Shown: positions 1 through 9,759 of the stretch, one piece after another | Position numbering within the stretch: the stretch's first letter is position 1 | Layout: each line of letters starts with the position of its first letter | Source: a bacterium | GTDB taxonomy: Bacteria > SAR324 > NAC60-12 | NCBI GenBank assembly: GCA_965233585.1 | Contig: CBDDTI010000131.1 | Span: 1 to 13,703 of the forward strand | DNA length: 13,703 bases | Direction of reading: 5' to 3' | Translations under genes and position numbers: made by a program | Notes under the pieces: generated by a model | What the model saw: the letters and a program-made list of their open reading frames with translations, nothing else | Told to the model about the DNA's origin: nothing | Database searches by the model: none

Positions 1-169
1 TAAATTCAAAACATTAAGACAAACATAATTTTGACACTGATAACGCGCCATACCTGCCAGGAGGTGCTAGGACTTAACAGGATCACATGGTTATTTCATC
101 GTACAAAAACCAACACACGTTGCGTCAGCACACATTGGAGTGAGTGCATAGTTATATGTTCACCTCAGC

Positions 170-3086
170 ATGGCTCAAACGGACGACAAGTTTAAGAAAC
201 AGTTGGAAGTAGCGAAGCTAAAACTGAACGAAATCGAGGAAATTTTAGCTAGTGGAAATGCAGAGGATGTTTCTGGGACGTACGAGCAGATTGGAGAATT
301 AATTAAACGCTTGGAAAAATCTCAGGATGCGACCGCCGATTACTTGATGGAGACTGACAAAGACCTGGAGTACATCACTTCAAAAGCACGTGCAAGATTA
401 CAAGAGAGAGTTCCCTAAAACAGCAGAATCATTTTTAAAAGACACTAATGTCGATGACATTTAGGGGGAGGAGCTACAGAGGAAGACACGGCGAGGTTCA
501 AAGAAGAGTCCATTAAAATACTTCCAGAACGTGGCTTTACCTCGCACAAGTGGCACAGCAATGTGGAGAATTTGAATTCAGAGAAACAAGCCTATGAAGA
601 AGAGACATACGCCAAGAGCCTGGTGGGAAACAAGCCGGGAAACAGCACTACCAAAATCCTTGGAACCCCATGGGACAAGCAGAGTGACACCCTGCGTATC
701 GACTTCGAAAACGTGCTTAAAAACGGCCAAGCCTTTAACCAAACGGAATATGATCTCCGTCATCAACAATGTTTATGATGTACTTGGTTGGAATGCCCCT
801 GTCACGATCACCGCCAAACTTATGTTCAATGAAGTGTGCCTCCTGAAGCTACACTGGGACCAAGAAGTGCCTAACGACATTCAGAAGAAGTGGGAGGCGT
901 GGCAAACTAGTTTGCGAAAGGCACTATCTATCACAGTTTCGCGATGTATTTTCAAGTCACATGGAAACCACTTCAAGATCCATGGTTTTGCCGACGCCAG
1001 CAAGGTGGCTGTCTGTGCTTCGATTTATGTCGTTACATACCAAGACTTAACTCCAGTTGACCATAACTTGTTTGTTGCAAAATCAAGAGTTGCACCAAAA
1101 GAAATGAGCATTCCAAGACTAGAGTTAGTTGCAGCGCACACCCTGGCGAAGCTGCAAAACAACGTGAGCAAAGCATTGGCGGCCCCTCCTATCACGGCCT
1201 ATCACAAATGGATAGTGTGACAGTTCTGTGTTGGTTGGCAAACCGTGGGGAATGGTCAACTTTCGTGCGAAATCGAGTGAAGAAAATTGGTGAGCTGACG
1301 GAAGCAACATGGAGCTACGTCCCGACAAACGAAAACCAAAGCGATTTTGGAACTCGGGCGTCAAGCAAGATTAAAGCACATTGGTTCAAGGGACCTAGCT
1401 GGCTATCCGACGGGTCAAACAGACCATTGCAACCAACGATCTTGGAAACTGATGAAGCTAAATCCGAGAGAAACAAGAAAGAAGTAATATTACTGACGGA
1501 GGAAACGACTCAGGGAATCGTGAAGAGCTGGGCAGAAGAGCTGTTGACCAAGTTCTACTACTGGAAACTATTACGCATAACGGCCCACATGAAACGTTTC
1601 ATAAACGGTTGTAGAAGGTCAAGACAGAGTGGACCAATTACCAAATCAGGGATATGGGAAGCAGAGGGAGTCTGGGTACAAATTACGCAAAACACCGGCG
1701 ACATAACGACTAACCTATAGCTTGCTAAAAATGAGACAGGGCTAACAAGATGCTATGGAAGAATTCAAGGATACACCCCAATTTTCATTCCAAGGAAATC
1801 TACTTTGGCGAGACGGATCATAAAGCACTGCCATACGCAGATGTTACACGAGGGAGTTTCAGCAACAATGAGCAAGGTGCGACAGAAATACTGGATCCCG
1901 AAATTACGATCCCTGGTTAAGAGTGTGCGATACGACTGCAACCACTGTAAGAGGTATCGAGTGAGTGAAAGTTCTGAGAACCCTGCTCAAAGCTACCTTA
2001 CCCTCTTTCCACACGGAATTCACCGAACCATTTAGCGTTACTGGAGTTGACTTCGTGGGGCCACTGCTATACAAATCTGGAAAGAACGAGACAAGCAAAG
2101 CATACGTTGCACTCTTCACTTGTGCGAGCACAAGAGCGGTGCATCTCAGAATTTGCAAGGACATGACAGCGGAAGAGTTCAAGAGAGGTCTTAAGGAGTT
2201 CGTCGCGCGAAGAGGATCACCATTGCAAATAGTCAGTGACAACGCCAAGACGTTTCAAGCTACAAAGAAGTGGTTATCAACATTGAGGAAAGATGAGGAT
2301 CTTTTAACTACCTAGCTACTAAACACATCGAGTGGAAGTTCAACCTGGCTCGAGCTCCGTGGTGGGGAGGCTTTTTCGAGAGGTTGGTCGGCATCATGAA
2401 GAGCTGCCTATCCAAAGCGATTGGGAAAGCTCTGTTGAGATATGAGGAGCTTGAAGAGGTTTTGCTGGAAGTGGAGATTTCTGAACAACCAACTTCTTTC
2501 CTATATGGAAGAAGAATTCGAGCAGCAAGTCATCACGCCAAATTTGCTGTTCCGAGGACAACCAACTCAATTTCTTGAAGAAAACAGAGACAACACTAAT
2601 GGCGAGGGGCTAGACATGATGACCTGGAGATTCCGATACCTCAAGAAGTGTCGAGAAAACGTCCGCAAACGGTGGCTAAACGGGTACCTTCCTGCCCTTC
2701 AAGAGCGCATCAAAGCCCGGTCAACGGCAAAACGTGAAGCTACAATGAACAAGGGCGCAATCGCGTTACTTAAGGATTCAACAAAGAACAGGGATAATTG
2801 GAAGATCGGACGGATCATCGAGCCAATCATTGCAAAGGACAACGTTACAAGAGGATACAGGATCCTAACAGGCAACGGATACATCATCGAGAGACCACTA
2901 CACCTGGTATGCGATTTGGAAATTGGTGGTGAATGTGACCTTGATTCAGCTAACGGTGCTACCAGAGAGAACCCTGAGGATGGTAACGAACAGGATCGGC
3001 CTGTAAACAGAACAAGAAGACAGGCGAGTCGCGTGGCGACTGAGCGTTTGGTGGGAGTGATCGCCAAAGAAAACGAAGAGGACTAA
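170..3086 (+). pseudogene. BEL/Pao gag-pol polyprotein remnant with many frameshifts and stops
   Basis: Putative gag N-terminus 170-~378; RT end LQKHVQDY...KDTNVDDI (NVDD 447-458, degenerate YVDD), GFTSHKWHSN, KILGTPWD; RNase H HGFADAS (D 993-995), AKSRVAP, SIPRLELVAA, WMDS, FVRNRV; integrase HHCC (HTQMLHEG...CNHC), GVDFVGP (D 2049-2051), SDNAKTF (D 2238-2240), APWWGGFFERLVG (E 2378-2380); C-terminal WKIGRI...IERP; stop at 3084-3086. Confidence 0.95.
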
Positions 3087-3124
3087 CGCACCGATCCTTT
3101 ATTAAAGTTACGTAGAACTTTAAT

Positions 3125-3132
3125 AGGGGGAG
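3125..3132 (+). promoter_or_regulatory. Polypurine tract (PPT)
   Basis: AGGGGGAG directly precedes the TGT that starts the LTR, shortly after the pol stop codon. Confidence 0.85.
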
Positions 3133-3707
3133 TGTGGGGAACGGTTGTAACTCTAGCCTGACAAGTTGCGACGCTAATAAAAACTCGTGACTATTGTTTT
3201 GTTTTCTAAGCGACTGAGTTATTGTGATTTCATCTCTGATTTCATATCATGACAAGTTCGAGATCCCATCAATCAGGTCAGCCTCCGGCCAACGGACCTT
3301 CGCCTATAGAGCAGTATCCCTGTAGAACATGTTGGACGAAGACCTGAGAAACGTTACAACTGTAAAGGCCTTTAAGAAAGCTCTGAAACTTGTAATGAAT
3401 GAATGAATGATTGAATGACACTTAGAATTTAACAATATTAACTTGTTAGATATAGCTTGCATTTTTATTTGTAAATAGGTACTGAAAAACCTTTTTGGGA
3501 GTATTTATTAAAGTTTATTATTATTATTATTATATCACACGATATCTCGTTTCCGGTACGAAACGCGTGAACAATTGAGCTGTTGTTGTAATCCTTTGAA
3601 TGAATTCGGGACGATCAGTACAGTGGAATAAAACGACGATTTGTGGATATTTTGGGAGTCTTCAGAGTCTCTGGGAATCAATCGGATGCATAAGGAAATT
3701 CCCCACA
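3133..3707 (+). repeat. 3' LTR of the BEL element (about 287 bp once the nested LINE and one TSD copy are removed)
   Basis: Starts TGTGGGGAA (3133-3141) and ends TTCCCCACA (3699-3707), a perfect 9-bp terminal inverted repeat; follows the PPT; AATAAA at 3627-3632. Confidence 0.88.
3250..3531 (+). mobile_element. 5'-truncated non-LTR retrotransposon (CR1/L2-group 3' end) nested in the LTR
   Basis: 3251-3406 translates DKFEIPSIRSASGQRTFAYRAVSL*NMLDEDLRNVTTVKAFKKALKLVMNE*, resembling the C-terminus of CR1/L2-group ORF2 (TAG at 3323-3325 where W is expected). AT-rich 3' UTR, (TTA)n tail to ~3531, and flanking direct repeat ATATCA at 3244-3249 and 3532-3537. Confidence 0.85.
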
Positions 3708-4048
3708 GCGTCACTATATTTTCAATCGGTGGCGTTCGAATAGCTCGATAGAAAAGTAAGTTTGATGGAATGTCAGATATACCCTGGGTTCCAGAGGATA
3801 TTTTTTTTCTGATCGATACTTCGCGGCGAAGCCGCGTTAACGAGGCGCAAAGCGCCGAGGAGAAAAAAATAACCTCTGGTCACAGGAGCACGCAACCTCA
3901 TTTCCATGAGAGAAATCAGTTCAGAAATTGAACTGGGTCACCGATTGGATACTCCCATGTCCGCAGGGAATTAACAATATAACAATGGCCCTGATTGGCG
4001 ACATCGAACAACTTCACTGCAAGGCAGATCGTCACGCTCCAAGACAAC

Positions 4049-4171
4049 ATGTCAACAAAGGAAGAAGATAACTTCTCGCGTTCGTTCAGAAATGCCGTTC
4101 ATCACGCTTTAAGTTCTAAATTTGAGAACGTGAGACAGCTGAAGCCTGTTCAGGAAGAAGCACTGATGTAA
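4049..4171 (+). pseudogene. Truncated N-terminus of a superfamily-2 (RecQ-like) helicase, Q-motif only
   Basis: MSTKEEDNFSRSFRNAVHHALSSKFENVRQLKPVQEEALM*; LKPVQEEAL (4139-4165) fits a Q-motif pattern but no Walker A motif follows. Two ATTGG (reverse CCAAT) boxes lie upstream at ~3944 and ~3994. Confidence 0.55.
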
Positions 4172-4868
4172 ATAAAACAGACAGGCCAAACACGACTCCT
4201 ACGGTTCGTGCCATTTGTACATTTGCCGTATATTTTTCGGTCTTTCGACCTTTTCGTCGCTTCACTCTTGTTTATTTAGATTTGTGTTTAAGTCTCCAAG
4301 TATTTGCTTTTAAGCTCGATCAGATAGCTGCAAGAAACATTAGAATTTCTCTAGACAAGCCTACAGCTTTCTCGAAGTAAAGCTACGGCGTCTCCGAGGG
4401 AAAACGTTGGAGGACAAATATGACAACTGTGATAAGAATCAACCTACTGTACTCGCAAACAGCGGTTCTAATCATAGCCGGGCCCGGCTTCACACTGTAC
4501 AGAATGCGAGTAAGCAACACACTCACAGTCAATGTTATATTTTGTTCCTTAAAAGCAAATACTTAGAGACTTAAACACAAATCTTGCAATAGAAATGAGC
4601 CAAAACAATACACTAACAAATGGTAAATTGTAGAGGTGTCAAACTCAACGAAGGAACACACAGATAACAGCGGAAATCATGCAGACCTATGACCTCTTAA
4701 AATTTCCCTTAGCACGACCTAACGGCTCTAGTTTTCTCCTTATAACACAATACGAAATGCCCTTTATAAACAAGAGTGAGGCGATAAAAAGGTCGAAAGA
4801 CCGAAAAATATACGGCAATGTACAAATGGCACGAACCGTAGGAGTCGTGTTTGGCCTGTCTGTTTTAT

Positions 4869-4991
4869 TTACATCAGTGCTTCTTCCTGAACAGGCTCCA
4901 GCTGTCTCACGTTCTCAAATTTAGAACTTAAAGCGTGATGAACGGCATTTCTGAACGAACGCGAGAAGTTATCTTCTTCCTTTGTTGACAT
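4869..4991 (-). pseudogene. Mirror copy of the helicase N-terminal fragment in the right arm
   Basis: Reverse-complement copy of 4049-4171 with one amino-acid change (LEPVQEEAL). Confidence 0.55.
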
Positions 4992-5459
4992 GTTGTCTTG
5001 GAGCGTGACGATCTGCCTTGCAGTGAAGTTGTTCGATGTAGCCAATCAGGGCCATTGTTAGATTATTAATTCCCTGCGGACATGGGAGTATCCAATCGGT
5101 GACCCAGTTCAATTTCTGAACTGATTTCTCGCATGGAAATGAGGTTGCGTGCTCCTGTGACCAGAGGTTATTTTTTTCTCCTCGGCGCTTCGCGCCTCGT
5201 TAACGCGGCTTCGCCGCGAAGTATCGATCAGAAAAAAATATCCTCTAGAACCCAGGGTATGTCAGATAACGATCTACATGTGAAGTTGAACTAGCGATGA
5301 ATAGATAATAGACTGCGGTAAAATAATTTAAGCATTAACTTGTACAGGACAAAACATTTTCCATGACAAGCATTTAACTGTCACCCTACTAGCAGAGCCT
5401 TTTCCAACGGTACATATGGCTACACGGAATTTAATATCGGGTCGACAGCACTTGTAACA

Positions 5460-5599
5460 AATATTTCTTGAGACAATAACAAGTTTTCACCAGCGACCTT
5501 ACAAGACAACTCGTCTCAAGAAATATTGATAATTATTCGATGTTCTCGGATATTCCGGAATGTTCCAGGATGTTCCTGTTCCGGCTTTTATCGATGGCC
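5460..5599 (-). repeat. One-sided MITE-like remnant with GGAACA subterminal repeats
   Basis: Reverse complement reads GGCCATCGATAAAAGCCGGAACAGGAACATCCTGGAACATTCCGGAAT..., similar to 8226-8310; a 15-bp inverted repeat lies at 5460-5474 and 5513-5527. Confidence 0.5.
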
Positions 5600-7099
5600 T
5601 AAAAACAAAATGCACAGTTACTAAAATTGATCTGGGCTGATCTGATCATATCGCGCTATTTTAAAATTCTTGTGATTTACACCCAAAGTTATACCTGTTT
5701 GTTTACTCACAGAAATTACACATTAGAAGTTAAATTTAATTCGAGTGATTTCTGGACTTGTTTTGTTAGCTTTGTAACAGTCGGTTTTATAAAATGATAA
5801 CAGCGAAGACAATTTCGGGACCGTCAAAATCCTGTAACTTACTGTATTTTGAAAGACAAACGAAACTACCGAAACGTACGAATTCAAAGACTCTGTTTCT
5901 TCTCATTTTTGTCATTTGTGGAATACATCGACCTTGAACAAATTTTGCTCACAGACAACAGCTGTGTTCAGAAATGCCTCTCATGGTGAAGCTCTACACA
6001 AAATATTACCTAAATTCGACATTCCAAATTATTCACGACAGCGGTCAGACAAGTTTATTCTAAAAAAAATGAAAATGTGCTCGCGAAACGTTACTGAAAT
6101 TCTGATATTTCGAATAATGAACGACTTTGTAAGCTGCAGGGTCAACTAGACATCTAAAATTTCGTTTCACTAAATATAGCATCCATTAGAAACGAGAATT
6201 TATTTCCCCTCTTTTCATTTTGTATTGTGTAGTGCCTCTCTACAATTAAGCAACAAGAAAAGTCTGGCTTGAGTTGGAATATTAAGTGTGATTGTTTAAC
6301 GTAAGCGAACACTTTCATTCCCAGCGTTGCCCTTAGTTGTATAATTTGTAAACAACGACGAATTGTCTCACAATGTTGGTACACATGCAGCAGTGATCAA
6401 ATCAGATATTTCGTCAAAAGAGCAAGACAGAAATTGAAGATGTCTATCTTAACTGCAAGAACGATCACCAAAAGAAAGATGACAACATTGAAGCAAATTC
6501 TTCCAACAATAACGAAGGCATGGTGACAGGTATAATAGGGTCTTTGCTCAGCAAATGATGATCATGGAAGCTTTCTTGTTTCAAATGCAAATCTCAAACC
6601 AATTGTATTTGAAAGGTAAGGATGATATCAAGTGAGACCCAACGGGTTTGCGCCGTCTAACATGTTCTTCATCACTATCGCATTGGTTAAATCCGCGGAG
6701 TTCTAGCAACAATTTATTAACATTTACCAACGCCGTTAAGCATTGTAGTAGTTTATACGTACTTACGTTCAGTTAGTCTGTGTTGATCTCAGGAGACTTA
6801 GGTCTTTTTATGTCGTTTCCTTTCGTTTGGTCATGCTAGCCAATGCTCTTAACGGAAATTGCAAATGAAGAGGAACTGAAAGTAAAAATATGCAAATAAA
6901 GTGTTATGCAATTGAACTGGCGGTGATGGTCACGAGATTAAGATGTCTGGATAAGGTAAATTTGACGTGTACAAAAGCGTGACAAGTCATTTCACAACCA
7001 TAATAATTTCGTGAGAGGCTGAAAATGAATAACGCAAGGATTTTCAAAGCGAGTGATATTTGAAAATTATCTCAAATTGTACGAGAAAACCTTTTTGAG

Positions 7100-7135
7100 T
7101 TTTTTTTTTTTGTGTGTGTGTGTGTAAAAAAAAAA
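7100..7135. repeat. Compound microsatellite poly-T/(TG)7/poly-A
   Basis: Read directly from the sequence. Confidence 0.9.
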
Positions 7136-7161
7136 CCTCTTAGTCATCAGCGGGTCAATAG

Positions 7162-7236
7162 GATAAAATGAGCGCTGACGTGCTTAAAACAAAGCTAAAT
7201 CAATATTTGCGCCCCGAGAATGTCGAGGGCCTGCTG
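7162..7236 (+). pseudogene. Possible tiny fragment of a DIRS1-type gag
   Basis: DKMSADVLKTKLNQYLRPENVEGL resembles the KY.RP.N...L motif I recall from DIRS gag proteins; only ~24 aa. Confidence 0.3.
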
Positions 7237-7879
7237 CGTCCATGCGAACGTAACGCAGGATGCTGGCTTGAAAAAAAGCATGCTTGTGGGTTCTACGATT
7301 GCCATGGCCAAAGGGCGCAACGCGATAAACGACGAACGAAAAAAATATAAAAAAGACTAAAAAAAAAGCGCGGGAGAGGAAGCTAAGTTCTCTTAGATCA
7401 AGCATATTCAATGCCAAAGAACGAGCTAATATTATGTTCAAGCTGAAAATTTATAAGCTTGTCACTAAAGCAGGCGATGGTCACGAAATGTCTGCATAAG
7501 GTTTGAAAAGCGTGACAAGTCATAGCATTTCACAACCATAATAATTTCATGGAAGGCTGAAACTAAATAAAGCCAGGGTTTACAAAGCGAGTGGTATTTG
7601 AAAATTCTCTCAAATCGTACGAGTGTTTTTCAAAGCAATTTGGTCTGTGTTACATCTCAGGACACGGAGGAGTTTTGTAATTCCCGTCGCTTTGTTGCTA
7701 ATGTTCTCATCGTAAATCTCATATCAACTGGAATTGAAGGTAGAAATGTGCTCGGTAAGGATTACATATCAAGTTCTGTCCATCAGTTGTTCCGCTCAAA
7801 ACGTTCTTTCTCGCTCTCGCTTTGGTTAAATCCGAGTCGACAATTGATTAAAATTTGCTGATGGGGTAAACGTTGTAAT

Positions 7880-8112
7880 AGAGAGGTTTAGCATGACGTT
7901 TACGGCAGACGGCAAACGGCAAAGATTACCTCTGATTTTCTATTCTTTCCTTGTAATCCGTAAATAAATCACACAAAAATAGAAAATAGTCTCTTACTAT
8001 TCACAGCAAATTCAAATATTTTGATTCTACTGTACAGAGAGCTGAAGACAGACGGCAAAAGTTTCATTTTTGCCGTTTGCCGTTTGCCGTAAACGTCATG
8101 CTAAACCTCTCT
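7880..8112. mobile_element. MITE, ~233 bp, ~44-bp TIRs
   Basis: AGAGAGGTTTAGCATGACGTTTACGGCAGACGGCAAACGGCAAA at the left and its reverse complement (1 mismatch) at 8069-8112; symmetric TAAT/ATTA flanks; the TSD is AT or TA depending on the boundary chosen. Confidence 0.92.
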
Positions 8113-8225
8113 ATTAACTTGTACGTACTTACAATCGGTCTGTGTTCAATCTCAGGAGGGTCTGAAAGAAACTGAAAATAAAATATGCAAGTGAAGCGTT
8201 ATGCAAATTTTGTGGTCACGAGATA

Positions 8226-8360
8226 GGCGCTCGTTAAAACCAGGGAAAATAGAACATGGAACATGGAACATGGAACACCCGAAACACCGAATAGTTATGA
8301 TAAATATCAAGACAATATGTAAAACTGAATTTTGAAAAATAAAATAAACGAAAATAAACG
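8226..8360 (+). repeat. MITE-like end fragment with (GAACATG)n
   Basis: GGCGCTCGTTAAAACCAGG followed by about 4 GAACATG units (8252-8277); related to the reverse complement of 5520-5599; interrupts the duplicated block. Confidence 0.5.
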
Positions 8361-9759
8361 GTTATGAGCTCGAAATATGACTCGTATGTACTTACAATTT
8401 GGTTTCTGTTACATCTCAGGACACTGACGAGTTTTGAAATTTCCGAAATTTGCTAAGCATTGTAGTAGTTTGTACGTACTTACTGTGTTAATCTCAGGAG
8501 ACTCGGGTCTTTTTATGTTGTTCCATTTCGTTTGGTCATGCTAACCAATGCTCTTAGCGGAAATTGCAAATCAGCAGGAACTGAAAGTAAAGTGTTATCA
8601 TGTGTTATGCAACTGAACTGGCGGCGATGGTCACGAGATGTCTGGATAAGGTCAATTACAGCTTCCCATCGGTTTGTTTTGACTTGTATGAAATAATTTC
8701 GTGGGAGGCAGAATCTGAATAAACACTGCATGAAATGGCATGTATACGGAGATATAATGAACCCCTATACATAGTGTGTATGGAAAGGTATACTGATGTA
8801 TACTGAAGTACACGTATAAGTCCATATTGGCGGTTCTGGTATAACTTATCCTTTATCAGGTATGACAATACAAAGTTTCCCTTTTTCATCTTGTTGATGG
8901 TATACTAATATACATAAAAGACTTATTATTTATTGATTTAAGCTTATATGTAGTCTCCCACTTCCACCAACATCCAATGGAAAACAGATATGAAGAGGTA
9001 GGACATCAAAAATAATCAGCCATAGATAACTGAACAATAAAATCTAAGACTTGTAACTTTCTGTTTGAGATAATAACTCAAGACAGGCAGTGATCATAAG
9101 AGTGAAAAATATCATCCAAAGCAGGATCCAAAAATCTTGGACATCGGCCAAACAAACAGATGACATATGTGGTCGCATAAACGATAAAAACGACACAAAC
9201 TAGAAGACGCGTACTTGTATTTCCTATCTTGTACGATGAAACCAGTTTACTCTTGCACGATGTTTGTACGTACGGTTTCGAAAACTAAAAACAAACGAAA
9301 AATATAACTATAAACTACGGGAAAAACACTAGACAAGTAAGAAAGGAAATAAAAACTTACGTTTGTGTCCTTACAACGTTAACGATGACGGCATATGGGC
9401 GATTAGAGCGAATTCCCCACAAGAAACGAATAGCCGTAACACTAGTTCGGTCGAGCACATGGTTTTTCTAATCTTGCAAAGCACCTAGGGTAACTAAGGG
9501 TGCGTGACATCACGCGTAACGGCAGTAACAACATATGCACCAAAATAGCAGATTACAAGAAAACAATAAGATATAAGGGTGCAAGCCGAGCCCAAAAATT
9601 TATACTCTTATAATATACTCAGCAAAATTAAAAGTGTTTGATTGGTCAATAATGAGTGCATAAATAGATTATAGAGTGCAAATGGAGGTTACAGAGTGCA
9701 ATACGGAAGTTGCTATGGAAACTGTAGGGGAAGTGCGAAAATTTTAAGCAAAAAGCAAA

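Larger units (their letters stand above)
53..3707 (+). mobile_element. BEL/Pao LTR retrotransposon, decayed, internally deleted, 5' LTR absent
   Basis: Domain order gag N-terminus, RT end, RNase H, integrase, then polypurine tract and a TGT...ACA LTR. BEL-type motifs are readable by translation. The 5' boundary is uncertain (53 or ~128). Confidence 0.95.
3780..5259. mobile_element. Non-autonomous foldback DNA transposon with 9-bp TSD, probably AcademH-derived (MULE-like is the alternative)
   Basis: Termini TACCCTGGG...CCCAGGGTA; inverted arms 3780-4275 and 4766-5259 with roughly a dozen differences counted by eye; TSD TGTCAGATA at 3771-3779 and 5260-5268; an inner 37-bp inverted pair at 4278-4314 and 4548-4584. 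The structure is directly visible; the superfamily is inferred. Confidence 0.93.
6737..8722 (+). repeat. Degenerate local direct duplications (four partial copies)
   Basis: Shared blocks such as TAAGCATTGTAGTAGTTT, ATCTCAGGA, GGTCACGAGAT and CACAACCATAATAATTTC occur in copies at ~6737-7085, ~7473-7686, ~8119-8224 and ~8385-8722. Confidence 0.85.

Noticed and set aside
578..3067. Minus-strand ORFs 578-769, 1125-1364, 1904-2248 and 2699-3067
   Set aside because: They are antisense shadows of BEL pol with no recognisable motifs.
3393..3418. (AATG)n run as a LINE tail
   Set aside because: It lies at the ORF stop; the tail next to the TSD is the (TTA)n ending at ~3531.
4679..4924. 81-aa ORF in the foldback element
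   Set aside because: It runs antisense through the right arm and has no domain signal.
6390..6621. Possible exon(s) ending at AG/GTAAG (~6615)
   Set aside because: No consistent open frame or recognisable peptide.
6737..8722. Recurring blocks as a CRISPR-like array
   Set aside because: Units are long, irregular and divergent, the context is eukaryotic, and there are no cas genes.
9355..9520. Minus-strand GTAAGT donor with upstream ATG and a TGACATCA motif as a first exon/promoter
   Set aside because: There is an in-frame stop before the donor, and the motifs are short enough to occur by chance.
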